A stretch of 64,000 bases of DNA from Veleropilina oligotropha. Lineage: Eukaryota. A program made the position numbers and the translations under genes. The DNA lies in contig JBEUKZ010000031.1 of NCBI GenBank assembly GCA_048128005.1, positions 248,001 to 312,000 on the forward strand. Direction: 5' to 3'. A model generated the notes under the pieces. The model saw nothing but the letters and a program-made list of their open reading frames with translations, made no database searches and had not been told where the DNA came from. This document shows positions 1-15,100 of the stretch, piece by piece; positions within the stretch are counted from its first letter, which is position 1; the number at the start of each line of letters is the position of its first letter.

Positions 1-378
1 AATATAATTATAAGTAAATAATGTTGTCAAATTGAGCAACACTGGTTATTAATTTAACGGCTATTATCGACGAAAAAATCTGATTTCGTCGATTTTTTTC
101 AATTTCATAGCATTATTTACTTTTAAAACATTTCTGTGACGTCATCTATTGTTCTGGGCAGTTGTTTATTCTGCCTATTCAATCGAAGAACAAAGCTTTC
201 TTGGCGCAGAAGTGGTTTCTTTTCTGGGCATTCAACTAATCCACACCAATCAAGGACTCTCATTGAACTAATCCATCCAATTAAAGACCCTATTCAACTA
301 TTCCACTCCAATTAACTACAATAGAGGTACCTGGTGGGGAATGAGGCTATTGTTCAATGGTGAAATGTTTTAAGTGAC

Positions 379-624
379 ATAAACTACTGGATAGCGTTGA
401 ATAGTTCAGAGAAAACACTCCTGTCTCGGGCCTCACGGCCCTCGACAGGAGTGTTTTCTCTGAACTATTCAACGCTTAGCATAATAATCCAGTAGTTTAT
501 CACGGCCCGAGAAAGGAGTGTTTTCTCTGAACTATTCAACGCTTAGCATAATAATCCAGTAGTTTATCACGGCCCGAGAAAGGAGTGTTTTCTCTGAACT
601 ATTCAATGCTATCCAGTAGTTTAT
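379..624. repeat. Long hairpin (palindromic non-autonomous element) with a 67-bp tandem triplication in the right arm
   Basis: Arm ataaactactggatagcgttgaatagttcagagaaaacactcctgt is inverted around CTCG-GGCC-tcac-GGCC-CTCG; units restart at 447, 514 and 581. Confidence 0.75.
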
Positions 625-1800
625 CCCATACATAAATATTGGCTCTCATGTACTTCATTTGGTCGATTTTTGTTATTTGACTGCAAAAAACGATTTTTGA
701 AATTGTATATCCTGATCGGGATATATTTTATGTCCTGATTGAGACATATATCCCGATCGGGAATTCGGGATATATATGTCCCGAAACCAAATATGCTCAA
801 ATCATGCGTTTCGGTTACTACTTTTGAGTCCTTAAAGTCTCTGCTGCAGTCAAATAAAAAACGTGGCAAAATAATCAATAATTTGACGGTGGCCATTAAC
901 TGGCAGAGGCCGAAGAAGAAGTTGGCATGCCATCATGCAGAGGCCAGTGGAACAACGAAGGCATTACACAACATGATGACCATGACATAACATGCTTGTG
1001 AACATCTTTCATTTATCTTTCCGGTCATATACTATTTGTTCACATAAAATTCTGATAAAAGTATTTTAATTTGGATTTAGTACTGTAGTACCAGCATACC
1101 ACCTCTTTATCAGGTCGGGGAGAAGTCACTTTTTAACCCCAGCTTAAAAAAAGCTGGGGTTATTGTCATCGCCCGAGGCGGACGGGCGGTTCATGTTGTC
1201 CGGCCTATATCTTGGCTACCAAACATGTTACCTCAATTTCATATGGTATGCTAACTACCCTTATCATATGCTAGTGCATGGTGGCAAAATTTCATGTGAA
1301 TGACCTTTGACCTTGCGGCAATGACCTTTGACCCTTCAATTTTGTCCGGGCCGTTTCTCGGAGACCAAACATGCTAGCCTTCGGTTCTAATTTTGCTCAT
1401 TTGGCCTTTGACCTCTGCGTAGTGACCTTCACAAATTTTCTATATTTAGAATTTTTTTATTTTTCGTCATTTGTTAATTCTTTGGTGCCAAACTATTTCT
1501 TTAGGGTTAGTACATCATAATAATAACAAATACGAAAAATGGCGTTTGGTCAAAGGTCAAGGTCACAGAGGTCAAAATATAGATTATATACGCACAATTT
1601 GCGGACTTTGTGAGACTCTAGCCTACCCATTATGATAGCTATATGGAGACATATTATGACATATGGACTACCGTTATCATGCTCTAGATCATGGTGGGTA
1701 ATATTGCACAGGAATGATTTTTGACCTTGCCACAATAACCTTTGACCCTGAAATTTTGTCCGGGCTGCTTCTCGGAGACTCAGCATGGTAGCCTTTTAAT

Positions 1801-2035
1801 TTTTATGCCACCACCAATTTATTGGGGTGGCATTTAGATTTACTCTTGTCCGTCCCGTCCGTCCGTCCCGTCCGTCCGTCCCGTCCGTCCGTCCCGAAAC
1901 CAGTATTTGCGTGTAAGCAACTCCAATCTGCTATAACTTCTATTTGCCTTCATGGATTGACTTGATACTTTGTACACTGTCCCTATGGTCAAGGCTGCCA
2001 GTGGGGGCATTCGTGTCCGATGGACATATTTCTAG
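1801..2035 (+). mobile_element. HINE/DINE-1-like non-autonomous Helentron-type element
   Basis: 5' subTIR plus stem (atgccaccac...ggggtggcat), (GTCC)n microsatellite, 3' subTIR gtgggggcat, hairpin tgtccgatggaca, CTAG end in a T run; near-identical copy at 37721-37957. Confidence 0.8.
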
Positions 2036-2468
2036 TTTTTAGATATCTTGCCTATAACCCAAAGCTGTGCATGGCACTAAAATGTTTGTCATTTTCCTTT
2101 GACCTTCACAAATTTCCATATTTCCATATTTTCATAATTCGTAAACATTTTTTTTTCATTTTTCCCAACCTCTTTCTGTAGGGTTAGTACATCATGTAAC
2201 AGACAGAAAATGACCTTTGATCAAATGTCAAGGTCACAGAGGTCAACCTTTTTCATGATGGACAGTTAGCACAGTCAGTGTTTAGCCAAGGGCTACTGGC
2301 AACGTGAAGATCACAGATTTTATATGGCAGTCTGATTGTTATATAAGGCTGGGGTTCCTGATAGCCGGGCTGCTGTCTATTTTTGAATATAGAATATATC
2401 CTGATCCGCATGTTCCATTTTGAAAAATCATTTTTTGAGGTCAACTAACAAAAAGTAAAAGATATATT

Positions 2469-2627
2469 ATGAGAGTCCATATTATAAGTAAATAATGTGA
2501 TTAAATTTGGGCTTCGCAGGTCCTTAATTTCACGGCAAAAATGCGACATGAGAGTCCATATTATAAGTAAATAATGTGATTAAATTTGAGCTTCGCAGGT
2601 CCTTAATTTCACGGCAAAAATGCGACA
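2469..2627. repeat. 79-bp tandem duplication
   Basis: Two near-identical copies starting atgagagtccatattataag at 2469 and 2548. Confidence 0.85.
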
Positions 2628-2984
2628 ACATCAGAATATTATGGTTGATTTTTGCTGTTTTGTGGTTATCTGGATCCGGATCCAATATGATAACATCATA
2701 TCCAGATTTTGTTTTTCGGCTCTAGTGGGAAACCTATTTGTCGTAGAGACATCAGGCTACAGCCATATTGTTCCTCGTCGACATCTGGCTGTTATAAGGC
2801 AATAATGGCGGAGTTTTGCTATCTCGGATTGCTCTTGTTTTTATGAACAAGTCTGTAGCAAGATCTCATGGATTTACATTTAGTTGTGGATTGTTTTACT
2901 GTGAATATTTACATTATAATTTATATATATATATAATGTTTTATTATAAAAAATTGGTGTAGTCATAATTTTTTCATTTTTCAG

Positions 2985-3145
2985 AATATTCCATTAATCA
3001 ACGGTACCGAAGCTTACGATAACTGGGAGAACCCACCGGTGCCCATCTACTTCCAGATATGGTTGTTCGATATTTTAAATTATGATGAAGTCGTCCAGGT
3101 GGGAGACAGACCGTTGGTCAAACAGAAGGGCCCATACACATATCG
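2985..3145 (+). CDS. SCARB2-like exon (NIPLINGTEAYDNWENPPVPIYFQ...KGPYTYR)
   Basis: ttttcag acceptor, gtgag donor, phase 0 to 2, CD36 motif GPYTY. Confidence 0.93.
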
Positions 3146-6100
3146 GTGAGCATGCTTTTATATAATTAGCTACCCAATACCCATGTCAACTCAGTGATGA
3201 CATACGCACACCGGTGTTGACATACAATCATTCAATGTAAGTTTTTCATTCAATGTAAGTTTTCCAATGGAAAATGGGACATTGATTGTATTTCACCAGC
3301 TTATATATATGTTGTACACTGAAGCGAGTGATCGGAAGCCAAGGATTTAATTTAGCTTTCAAGTCGGGTAAACGGACTGAATTATCAGAATATTTCAATA
3401 ATTAATAGTGATTCCAAGTTCCCTGCATTTTCTATCATACTTGAGTTATCTCCAGTTGCCCGAGTTATTTTTGGGTCGCATGCAACGCAAATGCAAGTCT
3501 ATGTAATGAGGATGTCGTCTGGCCGACTGCCGTCAACAATTGGTTCTCATATTAAAGTTTTTGATTCAAGTTTCATAATCATATTGCTATATAAGCAACA
3601 ATATGCATGTTTTAACATTTCTATATGCAAAATATTACTATTTCATTGTTATTTCACACTAAATAAATAGTATTGAAGGTAATTTCCTTCGAACTTAGAA
3701 ATTTTCATTGACGTTTTTGGTTAAAGTTTCTCAATCATGCTATATAAGCAACAATATGCTTGCTTTAGCATTACTATGTGTTAGATATCACTTTTTCATT
3801 GTTAATATCTGACCATAAATAAATAATATTGAAGATAATTTAATTCAAATTTTACCATAACATGATGCTTTTTGGTTCAAGTTTCTCAAGCATGCTATAT
3901 ATATGCAACAATAGGCATGCTTTTGCATCTTTCTTTGTCAGGTATCACTATTTCATTGTCATCTAATTCTAGAGTAGTTATGTTAAAATCAAATTAATCG
4001 AAATTTTGCATATAAATAGTTATTTTGGACTTAGAAAATTTAGGCAACTTTTAAAATCATGCTTTATATGTCTATTTCAAATTGACAATGTCATCTACTA
4101 TTGAATTATAGACACAATATTCATGAAGTATCATTGATTGATGCACATTTTCATGCATGCTAGCCATTTCAAGCTTTTGCTCTTGTTAATCTGTAGCGTG
4201 ACAGAGATTATGCAATAGAGAGATTGCAGTTTTAAGTATTAGATTCCATGCATTATGAATATAATTTACATTAAATGCAGACAGACATTGAAATCTCCCT
4301 GTATATGGAAATGAATTTTAATCATCGTTCGAATAATATTGAAATTCATATTATGCACTGTGAACTGAACTGCAGCTGGATAACAACTAATGCAATGGAG
4401 TATTATTCTCCATCAAAATCATGTGTCGCAGTTCCCACCTTCTGCAACTGTGTGCGATTTTCAGATCCTATGTCAAAGGGCATGCAGAAACAGGTATTCT
4501 GATTTGTTTCAAGCTAGATACAGATGGTTTACACCTAATTATAAGTGACCTGATATTTGATATTGAACATATTGCCACATTTAAATTAATTAAATTAAAT
4601 ATGCTCTTTATCAAATTATAATGCACTCGCAATACCGCCTGTATTGTAACATTTGACATGCAAACACAAAAGAAAGAGGTATACTACAAAGGGTAGTAAT
4701 ATAACTCTGTTACTTCAAGAATGTAGAATAGAACCAGTAACATGAATTATAAAAATGTTACATACAGTGATTATAATTGGCTATGCCTGTTGCCTCAATC
4801 AATGTTGAATGGCAACCTATTAAACAATGACTCCCACATGTGTGTTTGCTTAATTCATGTAATTGTACAAATTTTCTGTTGTCTTGTGGAATTTGCTATT
4901 ATAGTAACTACTTTTATTTTGAAATCTGATAATATCGATGTCTCAACATGAACCTATATTGATGTTAATCCTTAGCCCGCTGATCACTACAATATAGGTG
5001 CTTCACAGGTAACTCATTATAGTATATTAAGAAATATTTTTTCAGCAGGATAAGTGTTAATCAGATCAATATACTGTAGGTATACTAAGTAACTTTCAGG
5101 AAATGACCAAAAAAGATATTCATTGATATTTTTATGCCCCCACCAATTTATTGGGGGTGCATTTAGATTTACTCTTGACCGTTCGTCCAATCCCGAAAAC
5201 CAGTAAATTTGCGTGCAAGTACCTCCATTCTGCTTTAACTTCTATCTACCTTCATGGATTGACTTGATACTTCATACACTTGCTTATCATCTTTATACTT
5301 CCCTTCTGCGACCCACCCATGTCGCCCCGTATGCCCAAGGTGAAGGTCAAATGACTTAGCTCTTCGAACCAGTATTTGCATGCGGGTAAATCCATTCTGC
5401 TATAACTTCCATCTGCCTTCATAGATTGACTTGATACTTCATACACTTGCTTATCATCATTCATACTTCACTTCTGTGACCCACCAATGATGCCCAAGGC
5501 CAGGTCAAATACGTAGCTTTTCGGGCCAGTATTTTGCATGTAAGTATCTCCATTCTGCTATAACTTTCATCTGCCTTCATAGATTGACTTGATACTTCAT
5601 ACACTTGCTTATCATCATTCGTACTTCACTTCTGTGACCCACCCTTGTCTGTAAATAAGTTAACTCTACCATAACGATCTTTGCTGCCCCTATGGTCAAG
5701 GCTGCCAGTGGGGGCGGACAAATTTCTAGTGTAGAACCATTTTCATTATAGGATAAGGTCATTACCACGATTTTATGTTTTGCTGAAAATACATGTTTCT
5801 TTTGTTCAATCTTCTGTTTCATGTTATTCATCAACTTTTTACCAGGGAGCGTCGTCAGAAAGTGAATATCACCTTCAACAAAAATGACACTATCTCCTAC
5901 AGAGAGGAGCGATTCTTTGAATTTGATCGATCCCTGTCTGTCGGCCCAGAGGAGGATACGTTCATGACGCTGAATCTCCCACTGGTGGTATGTATGCAGA
6001 CGGATAAGTAATATATGTCGTAATTTACGAATAAAGATTACGTAAAATTTATGAAGAATCATAGTAATACATTTTAATTCAATGACATGCCCCCTATCAT

Positions 6101-9100
6101 AACATGCATGTGTGTGGTCTGATGAGGAAGATAAGTTATTTAAGATTGATTTGAATCTATGCTTTGAATCGACCCATTTAATATCTTTCATGGTCATATT
6201 CAGGACATATCCAGATTATAGCTGAATGATAACCCGTTTATCCGGTCACACCCTCCAAAGTTAAAGCCGATTTCAGCCTACACCTGCAAATATACATGTA
6301 CATTGCAATGAGGAGGAGGAATTATGCTTAATGTCCTGTATGTTTATAACATCAAGGTTCAAGGCAGGACATGTCCGTGTTATCGCGGGAGGAAACCCCG
6401 GTCGCCGGGTAAACCCGCCCTCTTCGGCCAGTCACGGACAACTGTGCTTCATAACTTGAACAAATGTGTGCTGCCTCAGCCGGGGGTCGATCCCACTACT
6501 GTTCGCGTCAGCGGAAACAAGCCAGTGAATTTAGAGTGGACACTCTACCCACTGCGCTACCGAAGCGGCCGCTCACATTGCAATGAATACGAATGCATCT
6601 TCTACTCGGTCACCGAGAAGGCCTGGCGTAAGTTGGAGGTAGTCTTCGACTCTGTCACCGAGAAGGCCTGGCGTAAGTTGGAGGTAGTCTTCGACTCTGT
6701 CGCCGAGAAGGCCTGGCGTAAGTTGGAGGTAGTCTTCGACTCTGTCACCGAGAAGGCCTGGCGTAAGTTGGAGGTAGTCTTCGACTCTGTCACCGAGAAG
6801 GCCTGGCGTAAGTTGGAGGTAGTCTTCGACTCTGTCACCGAGAAGGCCTGGCGTAAGTTGGAGGTAGTCTTCGACTCTGTCACCGAGAAGGCCTGGCATA
6901 AGTTGGAGGTAGTCTTCGACTCTGTCACCGAGAAGGCCTGGCGTAAGTTGGAGGTAGTCTTCTACTCTGTCACCGAGAAGGCCTGGCGTAAGTTGGAGGT
7001 AGTCTTCGACTCTGTCACCGAGAAGGCCTGGCGTAAGTTGGAGGTAGTCTTCGACTCTGTCACCGAGAAGGCCTGGCGTAAGTTGGAGGTAGTCTTCGAC
7101 TCTGTCACCGAGAAGGCCTGGCGTAAGTTGGAGGTAGTCTTCGACTCTGTCACCGAGAAGGCCTGGCGTAAGTTGGAGGTAGTCTTCTACTCTGTCACCG
7201 AGAAGGCCTGGCGTAAGTTGGAGGTAGTCTTCGACTCTGTCACCGAGAAGGCCTGGCGTAAGTTGGAGGTAGTCTTCGACTCTGTCACCGAGAAGGCCTG
7301 GCGTAAGTTGGAGGTAGTCTTCGACTCGGTCACCGAGAAGGCCTGGCGTAAGTTGGAGGTAGTCTTCTACTCTGTCACCGAGAAGGCCTGGCGTAAGTTG
7401 GAGGTAGTCTTCGACTCGGTCACCGAGAAGGCCTGGCGTAAGTTGGAGGTAGTCTTCGACTCTGTCACCGAGAAGGCCTGGCGTAAGTTGGAGGTAGTCT
7501 TCGACTCGGTCACCGAGAAGGCCTGGCGTAAGTTGGAGGTAGTCTTCGACTCTGTCACCGAGAAGGCCTGGCGTAAGTTGGAGGTAGTCTTCGACTCGGT
7601 CACCGAGAAGGCCTGGCGTAAGTTGGAGGTAGTCTTCGACTCTGTCACCGAGAAGGCCTGGCGTAAGTTGGAGGTAGTCTTCGACTCGGTCACCGAGAAG
7701 GCCTGGCGTAAGTTGGAGGTAGTCTTCGACTCTGTCACCGAGAAGGCCTGGCGTAAGTTGGAGGTAGTCTTCGACTCGGTCACCGAGAAGGCCTGGCGTA
7801 AGTTGGAGGTAGTCTTCGACTCGGTCACCGAGAAGGCCTGGCGTAAGTTGGAGGTAGTCTTCGACTCGGTCACCGAGAAGGCCTGGCGTAAGTTGGAGGT
7901 AGTCTTCGACTCGGTCACGGAGAAGGCCTGGCGTAAGTTGGAGGTAGTCTTCGACTCGGTCACGGAGAAGGCCTGGCGTAAGTTGGAGGTAGTCTTCGAC
8001 TCGGTCACCGAGAAGGCCTGGCGTAAGTTGGAGGTAGTCTTCGACTTGGTCACCGAGAAGGCCTGGCGTAAGTTGCTTTGGTTTGGATTGATTTATTCAG
8101 CTTTATTCTTGGTCATGTCGATATTATTGAGAAAAAAGCTCGGCTGCCAAGGAAAACCTGCCTTCTCTGGCCAGTTAAGGACAACGTTGACTGTTAACGG
8201 AACAAAGCAATCAACACTCGTACCCACTCGGCAAGTGACCTAGAGTAGGAATAGGTCAGCCATCTTCATCATGTTCATACACTATTAAGTATTCTTATAA
8301 TTTCACCATCAACCAATGAACCCTCTCCATATTCAAATGCATGCATGTGTGTACACCTGTAACATGCAAATGTTTATTCATGTTTGACATTAAGTAATAA
8401 TTATGAACCATATATTCGGTCACAAAACTTTGAATAGATGGTTAATTGATATTTACTAAGAATGCCAATACTTAATCAATCTAACTCTTTATCAGTTCTA
8501 GCAATTTTTATCCCATCGGTTTTGAAAAAACAAAGGGATTATGTCGTCACGTAGTCCATCCGTCTGTCCGTTTAGACGACGTGGACAGGATATCAGGAAA
8601 ACCGTAACAGCTAGGGAATTCAAATTTGGTATGCAGGTTTATTGGGACATAAACTAGGTTGCTATTGAATTTCAGATTATTCTGCCAAATATATCCACAG
8701 TTATCCCCCTTTTCAGACGACGTGAACATGATATAAGGAAAACCGAAACTGCTAGGGAATTAAAATTTGGTATGCAGGTTTATTGGGACATAAACTAGGT
8801 TGCTATGGAATTTCAGATTATTCCGATGAATATTTGCACAGTTATCCCCCCCTTTTCGATGAAAACTTTCAGTTTCGGATGACGTGAACATGATATCAGG
8901 AAAACCATAATAGCTAGGGAGTTCAAAATTGGGTCCCTATTTAATTTGATATCATTCCGACAAATATTTGCAAAGTTATCCCCCTTTTTCGACAAAAACT
9001 TTGTTCCTTACGACGTGAACAGGATATCAGGAAAAGCGTAATAGGTAGGGGGTCCACATTTGGTAATGCAGGTTTAGTGGGACATAAACGAGGTTCCTAT

Positions 9101-12100
9101 TGAATTTGATATTATTCAGACAAATATTTGCACAGTTATCCCCATTTAAATTTTTTTATGGCGACATAAACACGACATCTCGAAACCCGTGATGACTAGG
9201 GAGTTCAAATTTGGTATGCATGTTTCTTGCGACATAAACTACATGAACTATATGCCTATTGAATTTGGTATTATTTCACCAAATTTTACCCCATTTATGC
9301 TCCCTTATTTACATAAACATTTTGTTTCCATCAATTATCTTCATGACCGCGCATCGGATGTCGTTCAAATCTTATCGCAGATTTCCAAATAATAGCTTGG
9401 AGATCAATTCAATTTCGGCAGAACTTCGACAAATATTCCCACAGTTGTCTCCCTTTCCCGACATAAGTATTTAGTCTCCGTCAATTATCTTCATAACCTC
9501 GCGTCAGATATTGTTCGCATCTTGTGAATGTGATGCAAATAAAACACAGGGGTCATGTTACATTTTGGTAAAATTTTGACGAGTGTGCACAGTTATTTCC
9601 CTTTATTTGCTTAAAAATGTACACTCCATCAATTACGCCAAACCCGATGGGATAATGTGTGGCTCCCACACTTCTTGTTAATTGTGATTTGAATTGACGC
9701 ATGTCAAATGGAGATTGTGTCCCACCTGTGTTTAATTGATAATAGCCACACCGGTGATGTAATGGATAAATATTAAAGAGCGTGGCTCCCAATTCACTCG
9801 CTCGACTGCTCTGATAACGTGGACGTATCCGTGTATATTTACCCTGTATGATGTTATCATGAGATCTAGAGCATGGATCTAAACCAAACCAGTGGAGATA
9901 TAGAACCCTTATGATAAAAATTCCCAGCATATCAAAGAATCGAACTGTGGTCTTTGGCTTTGTGGATCCCTGATGATGCGGTCATCACCTGGTCACACCA
10001 CTCTTAAATTTGTGTATTAAAGCACATTGCATTTTGGCGCTAATTGGCAGAAACGGGCGAGTTTTGCTGGGTATTCCGTTGTTTCCTGTACCATGACTAC
10101 AGGCATAAATTGATAATAACTGTCAATTTAGATCAAATCTTTGAGTAGGTATGACTGTAGGCAATGAGGTGCGAGTCAGAATGACGCTATCACGACTCTT
10201 GTGTGTAGACTAATGTAGTTTCATTATTACTGTATTATGAACTCTATCAATACACTGTAATATCCATTTTGTTTTGCAGACTTTGGCGACCATGTTGCGG
10301 TATGAATTTGACACCATATTAACCGTAGAGAAACTACTCATTGAGGCTGCAGACGAGAGGCTTTTTATCAAGCTGTCTGTTGCAGAGCTTATGTGGGGCT
10401 ATCCTGATCCCCTACTCAAAGGCCTAAAAGAGCTAATGGGCACATTCAATGTGTCTCTACCAATAGATGACGTGTTTGGGCTATTTTATAATGTAAGTGG
10501 ATTGATAAAGTAGTCAAAACTTAGTTTGTATATAACTCTCCTGCGCAGCGCATGAATTAGTGGCATTAAATTTCTGCCATCGATGCTTATTCTACTGTTA
10601 TAAACTTTGGAAATGTGTCCTCAAAATGGCATGAGGATTTTTGTCAGAAATATTTAATACCAGAATGTGTCTAATTAAACATAATCACAGTGCAAAACTG
10701 TGTTTTTTAAATATCGCTTATTTAAAAAAACCTATCACTATTATAAGCCTACTTTTAGTTGAAAAAACTTCCCCATATAGTTCACCAATCACTAAATAAA
10801 TATAAAAAATTAAGCTGAATAAAGATGGTTTAACCAATATCACGTGATGCACAAATTTCACTCATGTTGCAATTAATCGGGAGTTAAACGATCTTACCTG
10901 GATATCTGCACCTAATAGTTTTACTAAATATTGATCGTTAGTTGCACATGTATACGAGTACTGTTCCTGCAACACTGCAATAACCTAGTTCATAGTAAAA
11001 ATCGTAGTATTGAAAGAAGTCCTCAATTACTGGCAATGACCTTTTGTGACCCATTCTTCAATTGGCTGTTTGGTCCCATTGATTAAATTATCCAATCAAA
11101 ATTACACAAAGTCATAAGTAACATGTGTATTATCATTTTTATTAAACACTTTGGCGCTATGTAAAATGACCTGGATATATGATAAATGTTTTTATTTTAT
11201 CAATAACAAAAATTCTTTAATGGACAAGACTCGGAACTTGGGATGAGATCATTTAAGAACTGTGGGAGAAAAATAATAATAATAAACATCATATTGAGAG
11301 ACTGCTAGACAGAATATTACTCAATAATACGCATTATAATAAGATTTTACCATAATTGTTTTAGCAAAATGGTACTGACGATGGTCTATACACGATTTTT
11401 ACGGGTGTGTCTGACGTCAACAAAGTTGGACAGATTGACAAGTGGAATGGTGTGAGGTATGTTATAGAATCAAGTTCATATTAGAGAGGACTTTTACATT
11501 TTGTTCTTTAGTCATACCTTGTGTAAATATATTCAGTTTAAATCGTGAAATTATTGGAAAACATTTCTGAAGTTTTTCACTAGAATATTTTCAATGGTAC
11601 CGGTAGTAGTGTTTCAAGTGAAGAGAAGGGTGGTCATCAAGTACATCATTACAGTCGGTGAACGATTGGTTATTGAAAGCAATTTCACTGTGTTTCTTAT
11701 AGTAAATTCAACAGTATATTATGATATGTGAAACTGGTGGCTAGATTCCATAGCAAAAATGTAATTTCATGAATTCATTGTGAAGTCTGATTTGATGGTG
11801 TTTGTTAATGTTGGCTTGTATATATACAAAACAATGTATTGTGTATTGTAGTGCGCTGACTCATTGGACATCAAAGGCAGCTAATGTGATCAACGGAAGT
11901 GGTGAGTATAGGTGTACCATTCAGTTAAAAGGCAGATTTGTTCATAACTGACCAGGCTTTTCCTCCCAAAATAATATGGACATGTCCAGCTGGTATGAGG
12001 TTGAAGGGTGTTAAATGGTGGCCATCGATCCAAACCAATAATATGCGCCATTATGCTTTTCTTATCATCATAACTTGAGATCTTCTATTTCTGTTTTCAG

Positions 12101-15100
12101 CTTTGTTATATACATCGTATATAAATATAATATATACAGGCCTTAAAATTTCAAATTTTTAGATAACCGTTTTTCCGTTCTTGCAATTTTCTTCAAGAGG
12201 AAATTTTTTTTGTCACCAGACAACAGACTATCCAGATAATGTTTTGGAGAAATTGTATCACATAAAATAGGCATGGCGTGGAGTTCCAAGTAACAGTTAA
12301 TTTGCCCACAATTTGTAAATTTATTGATCAAATAAACAAAAAGCGTACATAATATTAATTTAATCTTGAGGTGAACTCCATCTAAATCATGTAAATAAAA
12401 TTAGGCTAATGTATCGCAAGAAAATCGTCCATGCATTAGGTTCCCGTTATACGCACATAAGTCAGCCTATCTAATTTAGTAAATGTCGTCTGTTTAGATA
12501 TTATTTGTTTAGATTTAGTGTAAATGACCAACTAGCTAATAATTAATTTGATATTGTTAAAGTTAAATACGTACAGTTATAAATAAGCCTTTCGGTCGAA
12601 AAACAACGAAATGTTTATTTTGCGCAAATCCATGCTTGCTATCGGGATAGCGAGGCGCAGCACTCATTGCAAATTTTGACTACCCAGTAAAATATAGTGC
12701 GTTTAAAAGGTTAACCTGTCCAATTTAATTTTTATGTCCGGTAAATATAAGTCATTCGTGCATTTTATTAAAAAATAAAGCTATTTAATAGTATACAACC
12801 ATGAACGGTGTACATTTTCATTAAATACAAAAGTTACAAGATTATATCCATGTGGTAGCAAACAAATTATCTCCCTTTTCCAGCGGCTGTTAGTGAACAA
12901 AGTCATTGCTCGGAATTCCCATGATAAAAGGACAATCACTGCGGATTTTACGCTGCACACTAGCTAAACAAATTTATTCATGTTTAATAGATCATATATA
13001 TTTATAGTAATGCAGAAAGCTGTTATTTACAATATGATACTCGGATAATGCGACAAAAAAGACAATGCTTGGTTGTCCAGTTGTATTAGTAGCAATATAC
13101 TCTACGTCATTACCAATGCCATAATAGCCATATTATCGCTAAACCGGAAACTGTGAAAAAGCGTTTCACTTTCTTTTAAATCTTACACGCTTACCTCCCC
13201 TGCTCACCCCTCCACGTTCCTCCCACGAGATCTGCCCAAGTCTCGCGAGACCTCAGAGACCAAGATCGAGCTGATCTCATTTTTAAGTCATCCGTCAGTC
13301 TGTCCGGACGTGCTTGAAGTCTAAATATAAAATAGACGATTTAAAAAGTTACTTTAAAAAGTTTCTTTCGCACAATATTGTGCCGATTATAATTATTTAT
13401 AATCTGAGAAGCAGCAGTAACTGTGAATTAGAGTATTCAGGCCGAATTATCAAATTTTAAAGTTAGGTGATTCTGGCCACGAGTTTTTCGGGCCGCCATC
13501 TTGGATATACAAAGTGATCTAAAGAGGGCCGCTCAGGAGGAAAAGTTCTTCAAGCGGGAAAGTTTCGCGTAACGAACCTTTCAAAGGAAGAAGTGTTTTG
13601 TTATAATATTGCTTGATATTACCATGTAATTCATATATATATTAGATAATTCCTTAGCGGCGTATCTTGCTTAAATTCTTAGTAACTTTGTTCAATCAAA
13701 TTTAGCGTCGCTAACAAGGCAGATATTTAGGTATTAACGTGAGTTATTTAGCCTATCTGCCGAATCTGGGATATTTCGCCAAAGTTCTAACCTATTGAAA
13801 TCAACATCCACGAGGTTTTCAGGTGTTTAAAGGCGGCTGTTATTTATATATAGCCTCCTCTATCTATATATAGCCTCCTGCATTCAATTTGTTAGTTTCC
13901 GACAAGCCGTTTTAATAAAGCTTATACGTCGGACTTTGGGTCAATTCTAGTAGGGATACTTGTCTGTACCTTGGGTTGCTAAGCAACCCGAAGTGTAATT
14001 AATAACAAGTTACAGGTTGATATCCGGTCTTATCCTATATACTTCGGATTAGAGACCCCTATAAAGGTGTAGTAGTTAAAACGTGAGCGTACTACCCGGA
14101 TATCCCTTAAATTCCCGGTTTCCCACTACCTTTCCTACCCGTGTGATCAGCCATGGTCCGTTGCAGTGAACCTGAGTGTAACCAAAAGATACACAGCTTC
14201 GACAAGCATACGGTATGTCGTATACATCGTAATTGTTCTAAGAAATACCCTTGCGCTAAGTGTCTTAGTTTAACGGATCGGCAGTGGGCACTCATCTACC
14301 CAACAGAGAAAAGGGCTACCAGGGAGTCCGTCTCGGTTGGGCTTCCCCCGGAGGAACAGACGACGGGTAAGTCAGGTTTTATTTCTGATTCGTCTGTTTC
14401 AGGGACGCGAAGCGACCAGCGAACTGGGGCATCGCATGTCGCAGGACCCGCCGACGAAACCGCTACGGTTTTGGGGAAAACCGTGGAAACCTCGCCGGCG
14501 TCCCAGGTTCAAGATCAGGTAAGAGGAGCCCGAGTGCAGTCCGTTTCTCCTCGAACCCCGGGCCAAGTAGCTGCGTCCAACAGTACCTTGCCGGCTAGCA
14601 AGGTACATCGGACCTTACAGCGAACAGCTGAGCATGGCAGGCAATCCCCTTCCTCTCTTCCGGCCTCGGAAGAGCAGGGGACGGCTAGTCCTTCTGTTAC
14701 AAGCTATATGTCGAGTGGCATACAGCTGACGGCAGAGAAAGTTGGAATAGTTGCCGGACACCACCAAAGTGGTTTAAGATCCGGACCACCAACGCAACCC
14801 GACTCACTGGCCGATGGTGCGACCGACCCTCCCCAGGGTTCGTCCTTACACCTCGGAGCTCCCAGTCTTGTCGGAGGGCCCGCCAACTCCCCTGTCCCCC
14901 TTGGGTTCAGACTAGTTGGCGCGGACGGACTGGCTGCGTTCGGGATGGGCATGTACGCGGGAGCTTCCCCCGTCTACCCACTGAACAGAGCGGCGACCTC
15001 CACGGGACTGGCCGCAGTCTTTCGGAGGTCGAGCTCCGGTTAACCCGCCTTTTGGCCAGTTCTCCGGTAGTAACCGCTCGTCAGGCGATGCGAGACCCTG

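Noticed and set aside
5577..6197. 206-aa minus-strand ORF
   Set aside because: Antisense to a true exon plus repeat sequence; no recognisable motifs.
6598..8075. Possible CRISPR-like arrays (also 27423-28094 and 43685-43985)
   Set aside because: Head-to-tail repeats without unique spacers, no cas genes, eukaryotic context.
6324..8243. 639-aa ORF with VTEKAWRKLEVVFDS repeats
   Set aside because: It is an antisense SINE plus a 45-bp stop-free minisatellite inside a host intron; no sign of a real gene.
10890..10902. U1 snRNA-like 5' end (atcttacctgg; also near 55338)
   Set aside because: Only the short motif matches; it belongs to a dispersed repeat and is simply the complement of a donor site.
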